From positions 44,020,001 to 44,084,000 of the forward strand of contig OZ024747.1 in assembly GCA_964016885.1 (NCBI GenBank): 64,000 nucleotides of DNA. Direction: 5' to 3'. Shown piece by piece: positions 26,101 to 41,971 of this stretch. Numbering within the stretch: position 1 is the stretch's first letter; every line of letters starts with the position of its first letter. Under the pieces are notes generated by a model, which was not told where the DNA came from, did not search any database, and saw nothing but the letters and a program-made list of their open reading frames with translations. Source of the DNA: Eledone cirrhosa (lineage: Eukaryota). The position numbers and the translations under genes were made by a program.

Positions 26101-28457
26101 TGACTGAGAGATGCAAGGATCGATTCTTCGCAGGCTCCTTTGTCTACGTTGTTCCGTCTCCAAGGTATTTGATCCTATTTTCTCCACTGTTGTTTATAAT
26201 TATCGACTATTATTATTATGGTCACTTGCGTTGGGACGCATGCATTTCAAAATTCAAATTTTCCCAATGCTTCTTAAGCCAAGCGCTTTGTTTTCTCACA
26301 CATATATTTATGTATACATTTCTATATTATTTTATTCACTCCCGTCATTGGACTGAGGGTATGCTTCGCTCATAGCAACAACAATACATATTCCAGTCTA
26401 GTTTATATGAAATCCTTTTGTTTGTAACGGTTTGATTTCATTACAAATTTAGACTCAAGAACAATTGTGTTTTAACAAACGATGATATGTCACAATCATA
26501 CCCACGGACATGTGAATGAGAGACAAATTTAACAACGGCTTGAGTTGAACTCAGACCGTAACGAACCAGAATTAAACGCCTTAAGGAATTTTGACTGGAA
26601 TTCTAATGCATCTAACACTCTACAGACAACAAAGCACATTATTAGAAGAAATATGTGCTATAGGTATTTAATAAAAGGAAAGAAGAATTAGTTTTCAATG
26701 ACAAAAGTTATCTAAAATATAAAAGTAATTTTAACAAGATATGTTGCAAATTAATAAAACAGAGAGCAAACATTTTTTTTTTTTTTTAGACAAAGTAATA
26801 TTATCTTTAAAATCTAACGCAGCATGTAATGTTCTAGGCATAGAATTTGCACAGCTCATTTCTTGGAAAATATGTTGATTCGATTCTTCATCAAATATAT
26901 ATTTCACGTTCTCAGCGATTTTTGCTTTTGAGTGATAAATTCTATTCTTTGCTTCATTTTAATGCGATTGTGCTTTCTCAATGAGATTGAAATCAAGGGA
27001 ATTTGATAATAGCTAAGACAAGATATCAATGTTTTTAAGTGCCAAACAAGCCCCCACCGCCACGGCTTTTACTGAATAGCTAAATACATTGTCATGTTGA
27101 AAGACGTAATATTTATCAAACATTCTATCTTTCTACTATAGTTTCGCATTTCTCTCTTTCGTAGTATTCAGATTTGAATCTAAAATATAATTGTTGCTTG
27201 TGCTGTATTAATACCAAACCTTTATAGAATAAGAAATCAACATTTTCCTTTTTACACATATTAATGGGATTTCATATCAGTCTCGTGTTATTTTGTATTT
27301 ACAATTTTGCATTTACAATTCCTAGATCCATTTGTGAAAAGGATTTTCTTTCAGAACGTCTTGTCTTTATTGATGTATAATATATTTGTTTTGTATGACT
27401 TGTCATCTTTCTTCATTTTAAGTTTACATAGTGAAGGCTTCTTTGCCAGTATTCTCAGTATCCTACGTGTTAAATCTAAATCACTCGTATAGTCAAATTG
27501 ATATAGAGCTCATTTGACAAGTGTTCACATTATTTTCAGTTTTTGTTGAACGTACATCGAAATTCTTTCAAAGATACTCTAAGATCTTCCAAACAGAAGT
27601 TTTACTTTGATTGTATTAATTTCTTTATACAGAAAATCACATTTATTTCTAACATATTTTAATTTTGTATAATTTTGGTAATTTTTCACTAGCCATCTAA
27701 TTTTTGTAATAATGTAAAATTGTGCCTCCAATGGGTTTGTTATTAAATTTCAATCGGAATTTTTCTTAGCATAATTGTAACAATTTGAACCAATTCGTTC
27801 ACTGCTACATACTTAATCTTCTCTGTACAGTCGTAATCTACGCTTCCTTAACTGAGGATTTGAACCTCTGAGAAAAATTAAATTAGGATATAGGAAAATA
27901 TAGAAGCAACATTTGATTACTACTTTTTTAATGTACGCAATTCTTTCCTAGCTGAGCGGTAAAAAATTATCAAAATTACATATAATTAAACATTGTAGGA
28001 GATAAGTGAAAGACCTGGTATATTTATTTTATTATATGATTAAATGTGATTTACCCATACTAGGAGATACTTCAATTATTGGAAGTTGGAGAAAATCAAA
28101 TTGTGAATAAAATTAATGTAAAAAAATATGGCATAACATAAAATACAAACAGGATTGTGTATCCAAGGATATTTGAATGATGCATTATTGATTTCTAATA
28201 TGTAAAACATTTGTGGATTTCTAATATTTATAGATATATTAAGGGTGGTGGATTTCCAGAATAGAGCGTCGGATAAGATGCCACTTCGGTATTTGTTCTG
28301 ACTCTTTACATTCTGGAGTTAGAAACTATAAATAACAAATGTTGTGATTAAGAGTTTCGACAGTCGATCGACTTTCGTCAAATCGGACCGAGGAAACGAT
28401 GTTTCCGTTAGTCTTTCCAATTGCTAATGCTCTCTATCGGTCGTAACTCCAGGTAGA

Positions 28458-28580
28458 AGGAGCAACGTGAAATAAAGTGTCTTGCTCAAGGACATAACGC
28501 ATCACTCGGTTCCGGAATCGAACTCACAATCTCACGATTGTGAATCCAATTCTCTAACCACTCAGCCATACGTCTTCACA
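28458..28580 (-). mobile_element. tRNA-derived SINE, family B (second copy 32381-32497, +)
   Basis: TGGCTGAGTGG A box and GAGTTCGATTCC B box, followed by GTCCTTGAGCAAGACACTT. Confidence 0.8.
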
Positions 28581-29653
28581 TTAAGAGTTTATAAACATAA
28601 TAAAACTCTAAATCCACTAACTTGGTGTTTCTTTTTCTGTGCACCACATTAAAAAGTCACATGTTGTAAAGAGTGATATAAAAACGTTAACCATAACATG
28701 TGTATTAACAATTTCAGTGATTCCGAAAATTTTGCTTCCACATTATCCATAATTCTTTTTTTTTTTTTTTTTTTCGATGGATGTTTGTTTATTTGATATG
28801 AACAGTTTTTATATATTTGTGAGTCTGAAATGATGACCCATTGTAGAATATTTTCACATTATCGTCGCGTAGACAATCTATATTTGTTCTGTGGTACATA
28901 AATTGCATGGGGATAACGCCTGTGTGTAGAAGGACGAATGAGGGAGGCTATTATGTGCATAAGACGTGAGTGTTGTTAGTGGTCGCAGCAAGCTTGTCGT
29001 TAATATACTATGATGATGTGTCTAAACCTTGAGACATAACAGAATTAATGGAGTGTAGGTCAGGTAATGATGTTTCAGCGTACGCTGCGATGGTACGTTC
29101 GGATGACGTACTATTATGGTGCGGTGCGTTCGTACAATATTCAATATATCACTTTAAAACAAAATATAAAGCTTCCTGTCAAAGGAAAAGAAATCAGTAT
29201 ATTTCTTAAAGGTTTTGTAAGACTAGATTACAAAGACAGCGCATACACAACATTAAGATTCTCATTACAGAAGAAACAGTGGCAGTATCAAATATCTTTA
29301 TTCTATAAAATGGGAAAATATACAGGAGGATATAACTATAAATGAAATATGAACATCTTAAGAAAACAACTAAGTCAATAACTGCAGAAGAATAAGCGTT
29401 ATCAATTGCGTTCTATGAAAGAGACCTTGGTAGAAGGGGAATAAAACTAATCAATGAAAAAGTCCATTTTATATATAACATAGAGTAAATAATGATTCAT
29501 TACTAAAATGACTTATAATACTTTTAGTTATTGCTGTTGCTTTTTGCCATTTATCTTTATGTCAATCTTTTCGAGTAGGCCTACTGTAAAAGACGTTCCA
29601 GAAAAGACCATTGCGTGTAGTTTTTGTTAGCAGACGACATTATTTATGATAGT

Positions 29654-29848
29654 AAGGGCGGTAGATTGGCAGTATCGGTAGAGGGTCGGACGCCATGCTT
29701 TTGACGCATAGAGTTACATCCCTTGCCATTCTGAGTTCAAATCCCGGCGAGGTTAACTTTGCTTTCATCCTTACTGGGTCGATAAAATAAAGTACCAGTA
29801 ATACACTGGTTAATTGCTGGCCTTGTGCCAAAAGTAGATACAATTATT
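29654..29848 (+). mobile_element. Family A SINE
   Basis: Full-length match to the 10741-10931 family. Confidence 0.88.
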
Positions 29849-30549
29849 TATGAGTGTTGTGTCTACTCTTTAGGCCCAGGCCAAGCCTGATCGAACCGAC
29901 TAATTATGAAAGGCCATCTAAGCCTCAACATCCCGTTCTATTTTTTTTATCTAGAACTACTTTGTCTAATGTTATGTGTCTCCTTTTAAGGGAGATGGTG
30001 GAAGTAGATATTAAGAAGAACATGGTTGCTATTTCTAAGAACATCATTCTTTCCTAGACCCGTAATATTTTTAGTGAGTAACATTGATAGTTGATATTCT
30101 CTGTGAAAATCTCCCTCTAATTGTGCCATATTTTATAAGATGTTAACTAAAAGTTATAGATTTAAGATAAAATTCACAAATTAATGTCACTGGTTTCAGG
30201 TGTAAAACATTTGAAAGAAAACAGATCTAAATGTTTTGCTTAGTTATTGACACGCTTCTTTGTGTAGATTATGATTAAGTATGAAAATACAAAGATTTGA
30301 TTTTTTTTTATTTCAAAGAAATGATAAAAATTTACCGGAGAAAATACAATAAAACAGCAGGCTGTAAATGAGACCAGTTTTAATATGGAAATAGAAGCCT
30401 TTAAAACGCAAACCATATTGGAGACTTCCGAATGTTTCTGAATTGTAGGCGTCGTCAGCGGCAGTTTGCTCTTCATCATTGCTTGATGACTATAAATTGA
30501 GAGAATGGAAGTGAAAAAGAGATGTAGAGGTAGAACAGACAGCAGTTCT

Positions 30550-31098
30550 AGACTGGTACGTATTTTTTTATCGACTTTGGATGGATAAAAGGTTAAGTTG
30601 ACCTCGGTGGGATTTGATCTGGGAAAGCAGAGAGACGAAACAAATAGCGCAAAGCATGCTATCTGACGTTCTAACGACTCTACCAAATCGATGCATATAC
30701 ATATCGATATGTATATACTAATTGTTTATACTTTTGGCATAAGACCAGCAATTACCCCAGTTACTGGTGCTTCATTTTATAGACCCCGTAAAGATGAAAG
30801 GCAAAGTTAACCTCGGCTGGATTTGAACTCAGAACGTAAAGGGCCATAATTATATGCTGCAAAGCATGGCGTCTGATGCTCTACCGATACTGCCAATCCA
30901 CCGCCCTCTATATGTATGTAATAATTGTTTCTACTTTTAGCACAAGGCCAGCAATTACCCAGTGCATTACTGGTACTTTATTTATCGACCCAGTAAAAAA
31001 TGAAAGGCAAAGTTAACCTCGGCGGGATTTGAACTCAGATCATAAAGGGCCGCAAAGCATGGCGTCCGACTCTACCGGAAATGCCAATTCACCGCCCT
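30550..31098 (-). mobile_element. Family A SINE cluster (one old copy, two younger tandem copies)
   Basis: Copies at ~30550-30690, 30719-30907 and 30920-31098. Confidence 0.8.
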
Positions 31099-31332
31099 TG
31101 TATGTAATATGTATGTAAAAATGTCGGATGATATGCTCGTGTTATTTGTTTTCTATAAGTATTTGAGTAATAATTATAAGTTTATGGTGTTGTCCCTATG
31201 AAAAACCATTTATAATATTATTATTGCCCACATGCATGCATTGTGGGACGTTATTGACAATGTTTTAATTACACGCACGCCCACACACACAAACACACAC
31301 ACACACAAATACACACACACACACACACACAA

Positions 31333-31420
<88 letters not shown>

Positions 31421-32095
31421 TTACACACATATGTATACATGTATCAAGCACTGCAGATCATTTATGCATCAAAGTGCTTGTATCCAAATCTAATTAATAA
31501 ATTAATTAATTAAACAAGACTATCATTAAGTAATATAAGTATGTGATCAAACAAAATGATAAAATCTAATTTTTATTTATGATAAATCTAATAAAATGTT
31601 CTATGAAAGAAAGTTAGGAGTATGGATCGGTGAATTAAATTAACTTTAGTAGCTGCTTTATATGTTTTGTATAGAAAACAAAATATCGAAATGAACTAAG
31701 TTGACGTCGATAAGATTTAAGTTTCAGTTGTAAAAGAGAATAACTGAATATATTAAACTATTTGTAATTTATAAACCCCTGTATTTCTGAAAATCTACTG
31801 CACGTTTTTTTTTGTTTTTTTGTTTTTTTTTCATGCACAGTGTGTCATGAACTAATATCCAGAAATAAGGGCAAAGTGCTTTACAATCAACCGCTACGGT
31901 TAAATTATTCCCCTTTGTTTATATCATTATTTTATTTTATTTTATTTTATTAATTAATTAAGCAATTCATATATATATATATACAAATATATATATATAT
32001 ATACGAATGGATCAGTTATTTTCATCTAAAGACATTTTTTTCAATTCCAACCCACCCGTCCCCTCACCCCTCAATCTATCTTATTTCTCATTCTT

Positions 32096-32131
32096 TCTTC
32101 TGACGAAGGAGTAGCATCCGAAACGTCAAGA
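32096..32131 (+). ncRNA. Minimal type I hammerhead
   Basis: TCTT CTGACGA a GGA gtagca TCC GAAAC GTC AAGA. 4-bp helix I, loopless palindromic helix III, GUC site. Confidence 0.75.
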
Positions 32132-32212
32132 CCCTCCTCCTGCTATTTCAAGCCGTTAACCTAATATATTCCTTCCATATACTGAACCCATTGTGTTGCT
32201 ATTTCGGCTTAC

Positions 32213-32497
<285 letters not shown>

Positions 32498-32655
32498 ATA
32501 TATATATATATATATATATATATAGATAAATCTACCAAAAGTTTACGGTAGTGTCCAATCCGTATGAAGAACTCAATGTAATCCGGATATCATGGAAAGA
32601 AGAGATGCATTCAAAAATCACTTTCGGTGAAAGATAAACGGAATACAGAGTCAAG

Positions 32656-33216
32656 ATAAAACATTAAAAAAATAATGAATAAAACAATGAAACAGTTCCT
32701 TATATTAAACAAAAAAAGTTCATTATTTAACGATCGTTTCTAGGACATATATGTGTCAGAATTGGCATGCATATTCAAAAGATCTATGTACAAAATTATA
32801 CAAACTATCAAGGAGAATATACATACCAACACATATATATGCTGTCTTCAGAAATAATGAAGTATATTTATTGATAATAACAACAATTCAAAATTACAGG
32901 TCTGTTTGGGAACAGATTTTAAATAGACCAATGAAATACATAAAAATTCATCAAGAAAATACAGTTAGGTGTGTGTATATATGTAAGTAACTTCGTTCAC
33001 AGATATGCATAAAAATGTATGTTCACATGCATACTCATGTCGAAAAAGTGTATGTAAATATAAAAATTCAGGGCTAATGTCTCTGTATGTTTATAATCCA
33101 CAGACAAAATATACATACATATACATACATATATACACACATATATACACACATATACATACATTCATACACACACATGCATATATACATAAACACACAG
33201 ATACCCACGAACACCC

Positions 33217-33247
<31 letters not shown>

Positions 33248-33474
33248 TACGTATATATTATTATTATAACTATATGGATATTGAGGCGCACACATAAACA
33301 CGGCCACATACACTTACATCTAGATGCAGAATTAAAAGTAGGTAAGGGAGTAAGTAATTAAGGAGGGTGTCAGACTCAGCATATTTATAAAAATGTATCT
33401 ATAAATTTAGAAATCAAAAGAAATATAATAAAAGAAATAAACAAGTAAAACATATACTCATACATATAAATACA

Positions 33475-33481
<7 letters not shown>
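32656..33481 (-). repeat. Left ~820-bp inverted repeat (pLTR-like) with a long-helix-II HHR at 32719-32861
   Basis: Near-identical reverse complement of 37958-38778. An extra tail at 32525-32655 resembles 60530-60660. Confidence 0.9.
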
Positions 33482-33523
<42 letters not shown>

Positions 33524-33627
33524 TGAAATTTCAGTTGGAAACAGAAAAGGTCATAGAAATGAAGAGTGCTCTATGTAAATATCAGAGCAAAATTTAATGT
33601 ATAAAATCAATACAATATAATTACCTC

Positions 33628-33697
33628 ATTACCAGCGGTTTCCCGAATGAGGCGAATACGAAATAAACGACTTCATTCGTTCGTCAGACGAGGCAAT
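33628..33697 (-). ncRNA. Hammerhead-like motif downstream of the inverted GIY-YIG fragment
   Basis: ATTGCC tcgt CTGACGA aCGAATGA...TCATTCGg GAAAC c GCT GGTAAT. The cleavage triplet is non-canonical (GCU). Confidence 0.55.
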
Positions 33698-34479
33698 ATA
33701 AAACATGGGCAAATACTTAGAAAAAAACATCAAGAAAATCAAAAAAATATATAGATAAATGAAATAGAAATTGAAATATATAAAAATCTATCAAGAAAAA
33801 TAGTTAGGTGTGTGTATGTGTATGTATATACGCTCATAGATGTGCATATATGTATATGTGCACGTGTAAATGTATGGTTAGAAAGTGTGCGTAATTATAA
33901 AAGTTTAGGGCAAATGTATCTATATGTCTATATTATACAGACGGAAATGGTTACTTCGTAAAAACAAGAAAATAAAGTCGCGCGCATAAAAACGCCTGGA
34001 CGCTCATATACTAAGATGCGGAAAGAAAGGAGATAAAGAGAGTATAATAAATGAAAGAAAAGTATCTATTACGATATATTTATAAAAATATAGTAACGAT
34101 AAATTAGAAAGACAAGATAGAAAGAAAAAATTAAAGAAAACAAAAAAAGTGGGGGTACATACATACACAGACACGCGTGTCTCACAAAAGAAATGTAAAA
34201 ATAATTATGCTTATATACACACGCTCACTTACACTTCCATACGTTCGATACGTACATACACACACACATACTTATACTCGCGCAATTAAACCTGTTTGCA
34301 TGCCCATGTATGAAACTGGGTAAGTAACAAAAGAGGGAAGGGGGGGGGAGAAGAAAAAAGAAAAAAGAAACAAAAAATATAAAACCGAAATGTCAAAAAC
34401 ACGGATATAAAGACACTTACACATACGCACAATATACACACACACAAACACCAGTACACACACGCATACATACACGTAC

Positions 34480-34510
<31 letters not shown>

Positions 34511-34916
34511 CATGCACGCACGCACGCGCGCGCACAAACGTAGTCACTCATGTACATATGTAAAAAAAGTATACACACATTAAGGCGTTCAGCCATATTG
34601 AAATGTGGATAAATAAATACAAATATAAAATTGTAGGATAGGCTGCGCAAAAATAAAATAAAAATAAAAATGAAAAATATATCTGGATTGAAAAACACAA
34701 AAGACAAGTATAATCAGTTAGTAGAGGAACAAGGGAAGTAAAAGAAGGGGAAGTAAAAAATAGAAAATAGGAAGTGGATCGGAGAATAAGGGGGGGGGGG
34801 GGGGTGAAGTAAAAATAAATAAAAAAATAAATAAAAGTGAAAATAAATGAAATTATTGACAAGGATAAGAATGAAAGTAAGTCAGAAAGGGTAATTAAAA
34901 AGAGAATAATCAGAGT

Positions 34917-35348
34917 TTATGGAGGATAAGTGTCTGAAAGTGTGTTAAGTTTATATGAGCTGGAAAGCAGGTGTGATTTCATGTGTGGGCAACTGGTAAA
35001 AGTTTCCGTCTTTGTGTACAGGCAGGTCTTTGGTGATTTGAGATTTTGCAATATCCAAAATTTTTCATTTATGCAGAGCGTGCATTTTCTTGTTCCTCTA
35101 GCATATTTTTTAGATTGGTTCAAAATTGACCAATCTAGTTTATATTGGATGCCTTGGTCTTTCAAATCCCAGATTCTGCTAGCCAGAGCTGTTGTAAATC
35201 TTTTTTCTGGATGTCGAAAGGATGCGACATGTGAGTAATAACGCGTTTTGAATTTGTCTTGCGTCATACCCACATATCGTTCACTGGTGACTGGATGGCT
35301 CCATATGCATTTAGTTGAGCTATTTCTCTTGTCCATTATCCATATCAC
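34917..35348 (-). pseudogene. PLE (Neptune-type) GIY-YIG endonuclease C-terminal fragment
   Basis: YVGMTQDKFKTRYYSH..SF, LASRIWDLK, LDWSIL, RKCTLCINEK, C-P-H. Confidence 0.85.
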
Positions 35349-35349
35349 A

Positions 35350-36932
35350 ATGGAAAAACAATACTTGGGAACTTCTTTAAAGAATATACCAATACCTTCT
35401 AAGGATGACTTCTTATTCCTTATGATACAGAAAACTAACCAATTTATCAGAAGAGTTAGATGGAGGGCCTACCACTTCGATAAAAAATCTAAATATGCAG
35501 ATAGGAAATATATGTATGATTTCACTACTTACAAGAATCCACCACACAACTCTCTACTTGAAGACTTTGAGAAAGACCTTTTTAATTTAATTAAACACCT
35601 CAAATTTAAGAAGTATAAATCTATCTTTCAAAAGGACCTTGATTCTACCCTATTGGACCTAAAAAAGTCTAAAAAAATCCATGTCCACTCGGACAAAACT
35701 GGAAACTTATATCACATGGATATTGAAAATTATAATGAGTTCATATATAAAGAACTCAGGAAAAATTATAGAAAAACTAATAATGCGTCACTCACCAACA
35801 TCAACAACAAAACACACAACATAGTGAATAAACTAAATATTGAAGATAGAACTGAACCTTTGGCATTGAAAAGACCACACTTCAACCTGAAAGATCATAA
35901 ATCAAACTTTAACTCAAATCCTTCTATAAGACTTATATGTCCCTCCAAATCTGATATTGGAATAATTAGCAAAAAAATTTGGATAGAGTCATCCCACAAA
36001 TAAGAAAACATGTTAATTTACCACTCTGGGAAAACACTTCCCAGGTAATTAACTGGTTTAAAAATATTAGATGTAAATCTTCTGCTTCATTTCTACAATT
36101 TGATATAGATAATTACTATTCTTCTATATCACCTATACTCCTGAACAAAGCTTTTATATTTGCTAAAAATAGATCTAACTTAACTTTGGATGACATTAAT
36201 ATTATTACACATGCTAGACTAACACTTATTGAATTTCAGAATGAATACTGGACCAGAAACACATATAGTAATCTATTTGATATTACTATGGGTTCAAGCG
36301 ATTCTGCCCAAATTACTGATCTTGTGGGCCTCTTTCTTCTTTTTAACATAAATGCTTCCTTTCCCCACCTTAAAGGTGGTTTATATCGTGATGACTGTCT
36401 TCTTCTTTCCAACAACCTTAGCCTCTCAGAAATAGAAAAAAACAAAAAGCTTATTAGAACTTTCCTTAAAGACTATTATAGTCTTCATATTACTTTTGAA
36501 AACACAAGTAAAGTAGTTAATTTCCTAGATATAACTTTAGACTTAGCTACGGGTATCTACGAACCTTACCATAAACCCAACCAAAACTTACAATACATAC
36601 ACTCACAATCTAATCACCCTAAATCTATCCTTAAAAACCTTGCATATAATATATCACTTAGAATTTCTAACCTTTCGTCTAACCAAGATGTATTTGATAA
36701 AAATGCGACCTTCTATAACGAAGCTCTAGATAGAAGTGGCCACAAAAATAGATTGGAATATATACCTTCTACTAATAACACTATAAACATACAACCTAAT
36801 ATTACCAACAAACACCAAATGAAAAGTACACACCTAAATGCCACTCACACTATACCCCAAAATACCAACATAAAACCAAATTTCTCTAACTCCTCTAATA
36901 TAAAGTATAGTAACTCTCAAAAAACTTTTTAA
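35350..36932 (+). pseudogene. PLE (Neptune-type) reverse transcriptase, one frameshift at ~35980, lacks in-line endonuclease
   Basis: SLKNIPIP, FIRRVRWRA, SDKTGNLY, LKDHK, FDIDNYYSSI, MGSSDSAQ, GLYRDD, NFLDITL, YHKPN, SNHP. Confidence 0.9.
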
Positions 36933-37369
36933 TATTTTTAATTTAGTTATGCTATAATTAATACTCTACTACTGTTTAACTTCAAAATTCCGCTTTAAAT
37001 ATTATAAACCTAAGTAGTATACACCTTAGAAATTAATATATTAACTATTTTTACTTTAATTAACCTATAATTAATAGTCTACTTATATTAAAATGCATAA
37101 TTTAGCCTTCTTTCTTACAAATACCATTTCCTAATACTGACACTACTATGTAAACACATAATTGATTTAAATGCAGATTAATATTCTATGTTCCTTGAAA
37201 CCTATATTTACTATTTCCGACTAATAATTTTAATCCCCCCCCCCCTATAATTATTCGTATTTGTAAGCGTGGATGTATGTACGTGTACGTAAGTATGTTT
37301 GTATGTTTGTGTGTTTGTATGTGAGTATAAAAATACATATGTGCGCATGTAAATAAGTGTGTATGAGTG

Positions 37370-37406
<37 letters not shown>

Positions 37407-37480
37407 GTGTATGTATGTATGTGTATGTATATGTATGTGTATATATGTGCATAATTGTCTGACTGTGTGTATTCATTTAT

Positions 37481-37568
<88 letters not shown>

Positions 37569-37834
37569 GTGTATATATATATGTATATATATATATGTGT
37601 GTATGTATGTCTGAGTGTGTGTGAGTGTGTGGTTGTGTGTATATATACATGGGTATGTGTGTGTATGTATATATACGTATATGTATGTGTGTGTATATAT
37701 ATGTGTGTATATATGTGTGTATATATATATGTATATATATGTATATATATATGGATATATATGTGTATATATATATGTATGTGTATGTATGTGTGTATGT
37801 GTGTGTACATATATGTATATATGTGTGTTGTGCG

Positions 37835-38833
<999 letters not shown>

Positions 38834-38875
38834 GAAAATAAAGCAAAGAAGCCTTCAATACATCAAAAGTCTTTA

Positions 38876-38920
38876 TTAGCCAACAATGTTTCGTCCTATT
38901 AAGGACTCATCAGAGCAATC
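38876..38920 (-). ncRNA. Hammerhead motif
   Basis: CTGATGA GTCC ttaata GGAC GAAAC att GTT. Canonical helix II but poorly paired helix I. Confidence 0.65.
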
Positions 38921-39144
38921 AAAACTACAAGAAGCACTATCGGCCAATACAAGCCGAAAACTCTGAAGAATATGGAGTGTACATACACTAAAGTATATTC
39001 TTATACACTAAAGTATATTCTTCGGCTCTGTTTAATTACATTGAGCTATACCTTTTACTGTCATTTCTATAATACTAAGAGGGTGTTTAACTCCAACACG
39101 CTCCAGTATTTTAATCCTTATATATATATATATATATATATAGT

Positions 39145-39190
39145 CTTTCAGAGTTCTTTCGTCACACACCTGTGACATCATCAGTGATAC
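39145..39190 (-). ncRNA. Minimal hammerhead motif
   Basis: TCA CTGATGA t GTCACA ggtg TGTGAC GAAAG aa CTC TGA. Confidence 0.7.
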
Positions 39191-39284
39191 TATTATGTTT
39201 CCTTCCGTTGTATTGTAATTTTTATTACTTATTCTATTTTTTGTTTGAACACACGATTTCATATCAAAATCCTTGCAAAACATA

Positions 39285-39389
<105 letters not shown>

Positions 39390-39580
39390 GTATATATACT
39401 GTATGTTTATAATATAATGTATGTTTATTTTAAAGACTTTTGAAGACCATTCGCTAAGGGTTTGATTGAAACTCATAGCGAATTGTCTTCAAAATGTTTT
39501 TGAATAAACATACAGACAGTATATTATCAAATATACTATACGTATATTCATACATACATCGCTATTTCAGAGCACCAATA

Positions 39581-39613
<33 letters not shown>

Positions 39614-39617
<4 letters not shown>

Positions 39618-39751
39618 TTAATATAGATGAGATTCTACAGGACTAGAACTGTTTCATTCTTTAGAAATCATCAGGAATCATCAGGGATTCCTGATGATTT
39701 CTAAAGAATGAAACAGTTCTAGTCCTGTAGAATCTCATCTATATTAAAACT
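39614..39751. mobile_element. Perfect hairpin element with head-to-head HHRs
   Basis: 39614-39680 is the reverse complement of 39686-39751. CTGATGA 39691, GAAAC 39710. Confidence 0.8.
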
Positions 39752-39817
39752 TTTATACTCTGCAATGTATTGAGTACCTTACTTACTGTGGTTACCTCCG
39801 TTTCAACACGGAATAAC

Positions 39818-39852
<35 letters not shown>

Positions 39853-40020
39853 CAGTGAGAAAGAGACGATTATAGGGAAGAAAAAAATATGTTTTCCCTT
39901 TTTTGTTTCTCTCTCTCTTTTTTCTGGGTTAGAAAATGATTAAAACGAAATGTTTTACTTTTGTGAAGTGTTAAGGTTTTAGTTGGTTTATTTATTATTT
40001 AACAATGGCATTTATTTATC

Positions 40021-40057
<37 letters not shown>

Positions 40058-40593
40058 TTTGAATTATTTTTCCCACATCTTACGTTAACTATTTTTCCAT
40101 TTTGACGCTATAGTCACTTATATATTATGGAATACTGTTGGATTCTTGCTACAATAATTTCTAATTTTTCATTTATATATATATATATATATACAAATAT
40201 ATATGTATCTATATATGTACGTATATATACGTATATATATGTATATATATATATGTATATATATATATGAATTGTTGGAATCCAAACGCAAATATCTCTA
40301 TGAATAATAATTGCTACCAAAATTTCAAATTTCAAATCATCCAAGTGCCTCAGTAAGTCATGATATATATATACATATATACGTGCGTGTGTGTGTGTGT
40401 GTGTGTGTGTATGTGGTACTTCACTATTTTCTTTGGTAAGATGAGATAAACTCGGTGCACTTTACCGTCCTCTGTCCTTCTGGAGTTAGTAAAAGCTGGA
40501 TGATTAAGATATCCTGTTATTCAGGGCATTTCAAGTAACGGGGCTTTTAAAATTCAAATTTGTAAGAAAGTCAAAGATAAGGAATCATTATTT

Positions 40594-41283
40594 GTGGTTT
40601 GGCAGTATCGGTAGAGCGTTAGACAACATACTTTACAACAGAGTTATGTCCATTTACGATCTGAGTTCAAATACGTCGAGGTTAACTTTGCCTTTCATCC
40701 TTACGGGGACGATAAAATAAAGCACCAGTAATGCACTGGGGTAATTGCTGGCCTTGGACCAGAAGTGATTGGCAGTATCGGTAGAGAGTCGGACATCATG
40801 CTTCGAAGCATAGAGTTACGTCCCTTTATGATCTGAGTTCAAATCCCGCCGAGGTTAACTTTGCCTTTCATCCTTACGGGGTCGATAAAATAAAGTACCA
40901 GTAATGTACTGGGTAATTGCTGGCCTTGTGCTAAAAATAGAAACAATTATTTATTCATACAATCTCTACGAACGTTTTAATACAGCTACAATATCACATC
41001 AACAATTGGAGATTATTAGTTAACAATTATTTTCATTATGGGTGCTTTATCTCAACCGTATCTCTTCAGAAAATATTCAGAACAAAAAATAATAATAATT
41101 GTTTCTACATTTAGCACAAGGCCAGCAATTATCCCAGTGCATTACTGGTACTTTATTTTGTCGACCCCGTAAGGATGAAAGGAAAAGTTAACCTCGGCGG
41201 GATTTGAACTTAGAGCGTAAAGGGCCGTGACTCTATGCTGCAAAGCATGGTGTCCGACTCTCTACCGATACTGCCAATCCACC
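40594..41283. mobile_element. Family A SINEs: two tandem (+, 40594-40950) and one (-, 41096-41283)
   Basis: Match to the family A sequence. Confidence 0.85.
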
Positions 41284-41687
41284 AATGAATACCAATAAGA
41301 CAATATCAAGAGAACGAGAGGAGGACAGAGAACATGGAGCTTTTAGGCAGTACATATTCAAAAGTTTGTTTAAGAGGTTTTTTTCAAACATGTACCTTTA
41401 TAAGTTTATACGTATTTTTTAAAGGAAATATTTGATATACCTATGAATTGGTTACAATAGGGGTTATTAAAGTTGTTCTTTATAAAGTTAGGATAGTTTG
41501 TTTAGTTAGTTATAAGAGAAAGATTTGAAAAGCATTTTCTTTTCCAGTAGGTAGTGTTATACTCATGTATAGAAGAGTTTGCTCTGCAAATGGATGTCAT
41601 ATTCTTGCCGTATTTGAAATGTTCATAGAAATGCATGAGTAAATAATAATTTCTCATCCATACCTTTCTCCCAATTTTGAATATATT

Positions 41688-41739
<52 letters not shown>

Positions 41740-41747
<8 letters not shown>

Positions 41748-41917
41748 GAAAAAGAGATGAAATCGAAAATGCAACTGGAGACTTATTTTTTTTTTAAATA
41801 TATATATTTTTTTTTAAATAAGACTCCAGTTGCATTTTCGATTTCATCTCTTTTTCTTTATACTTTCACTCGTGTAGGGCACCTCGGTTATTTTTCATTT
41901 TGTAAAAAAAACCTCAC

Positions 41918-41971
<54 letters not shown>

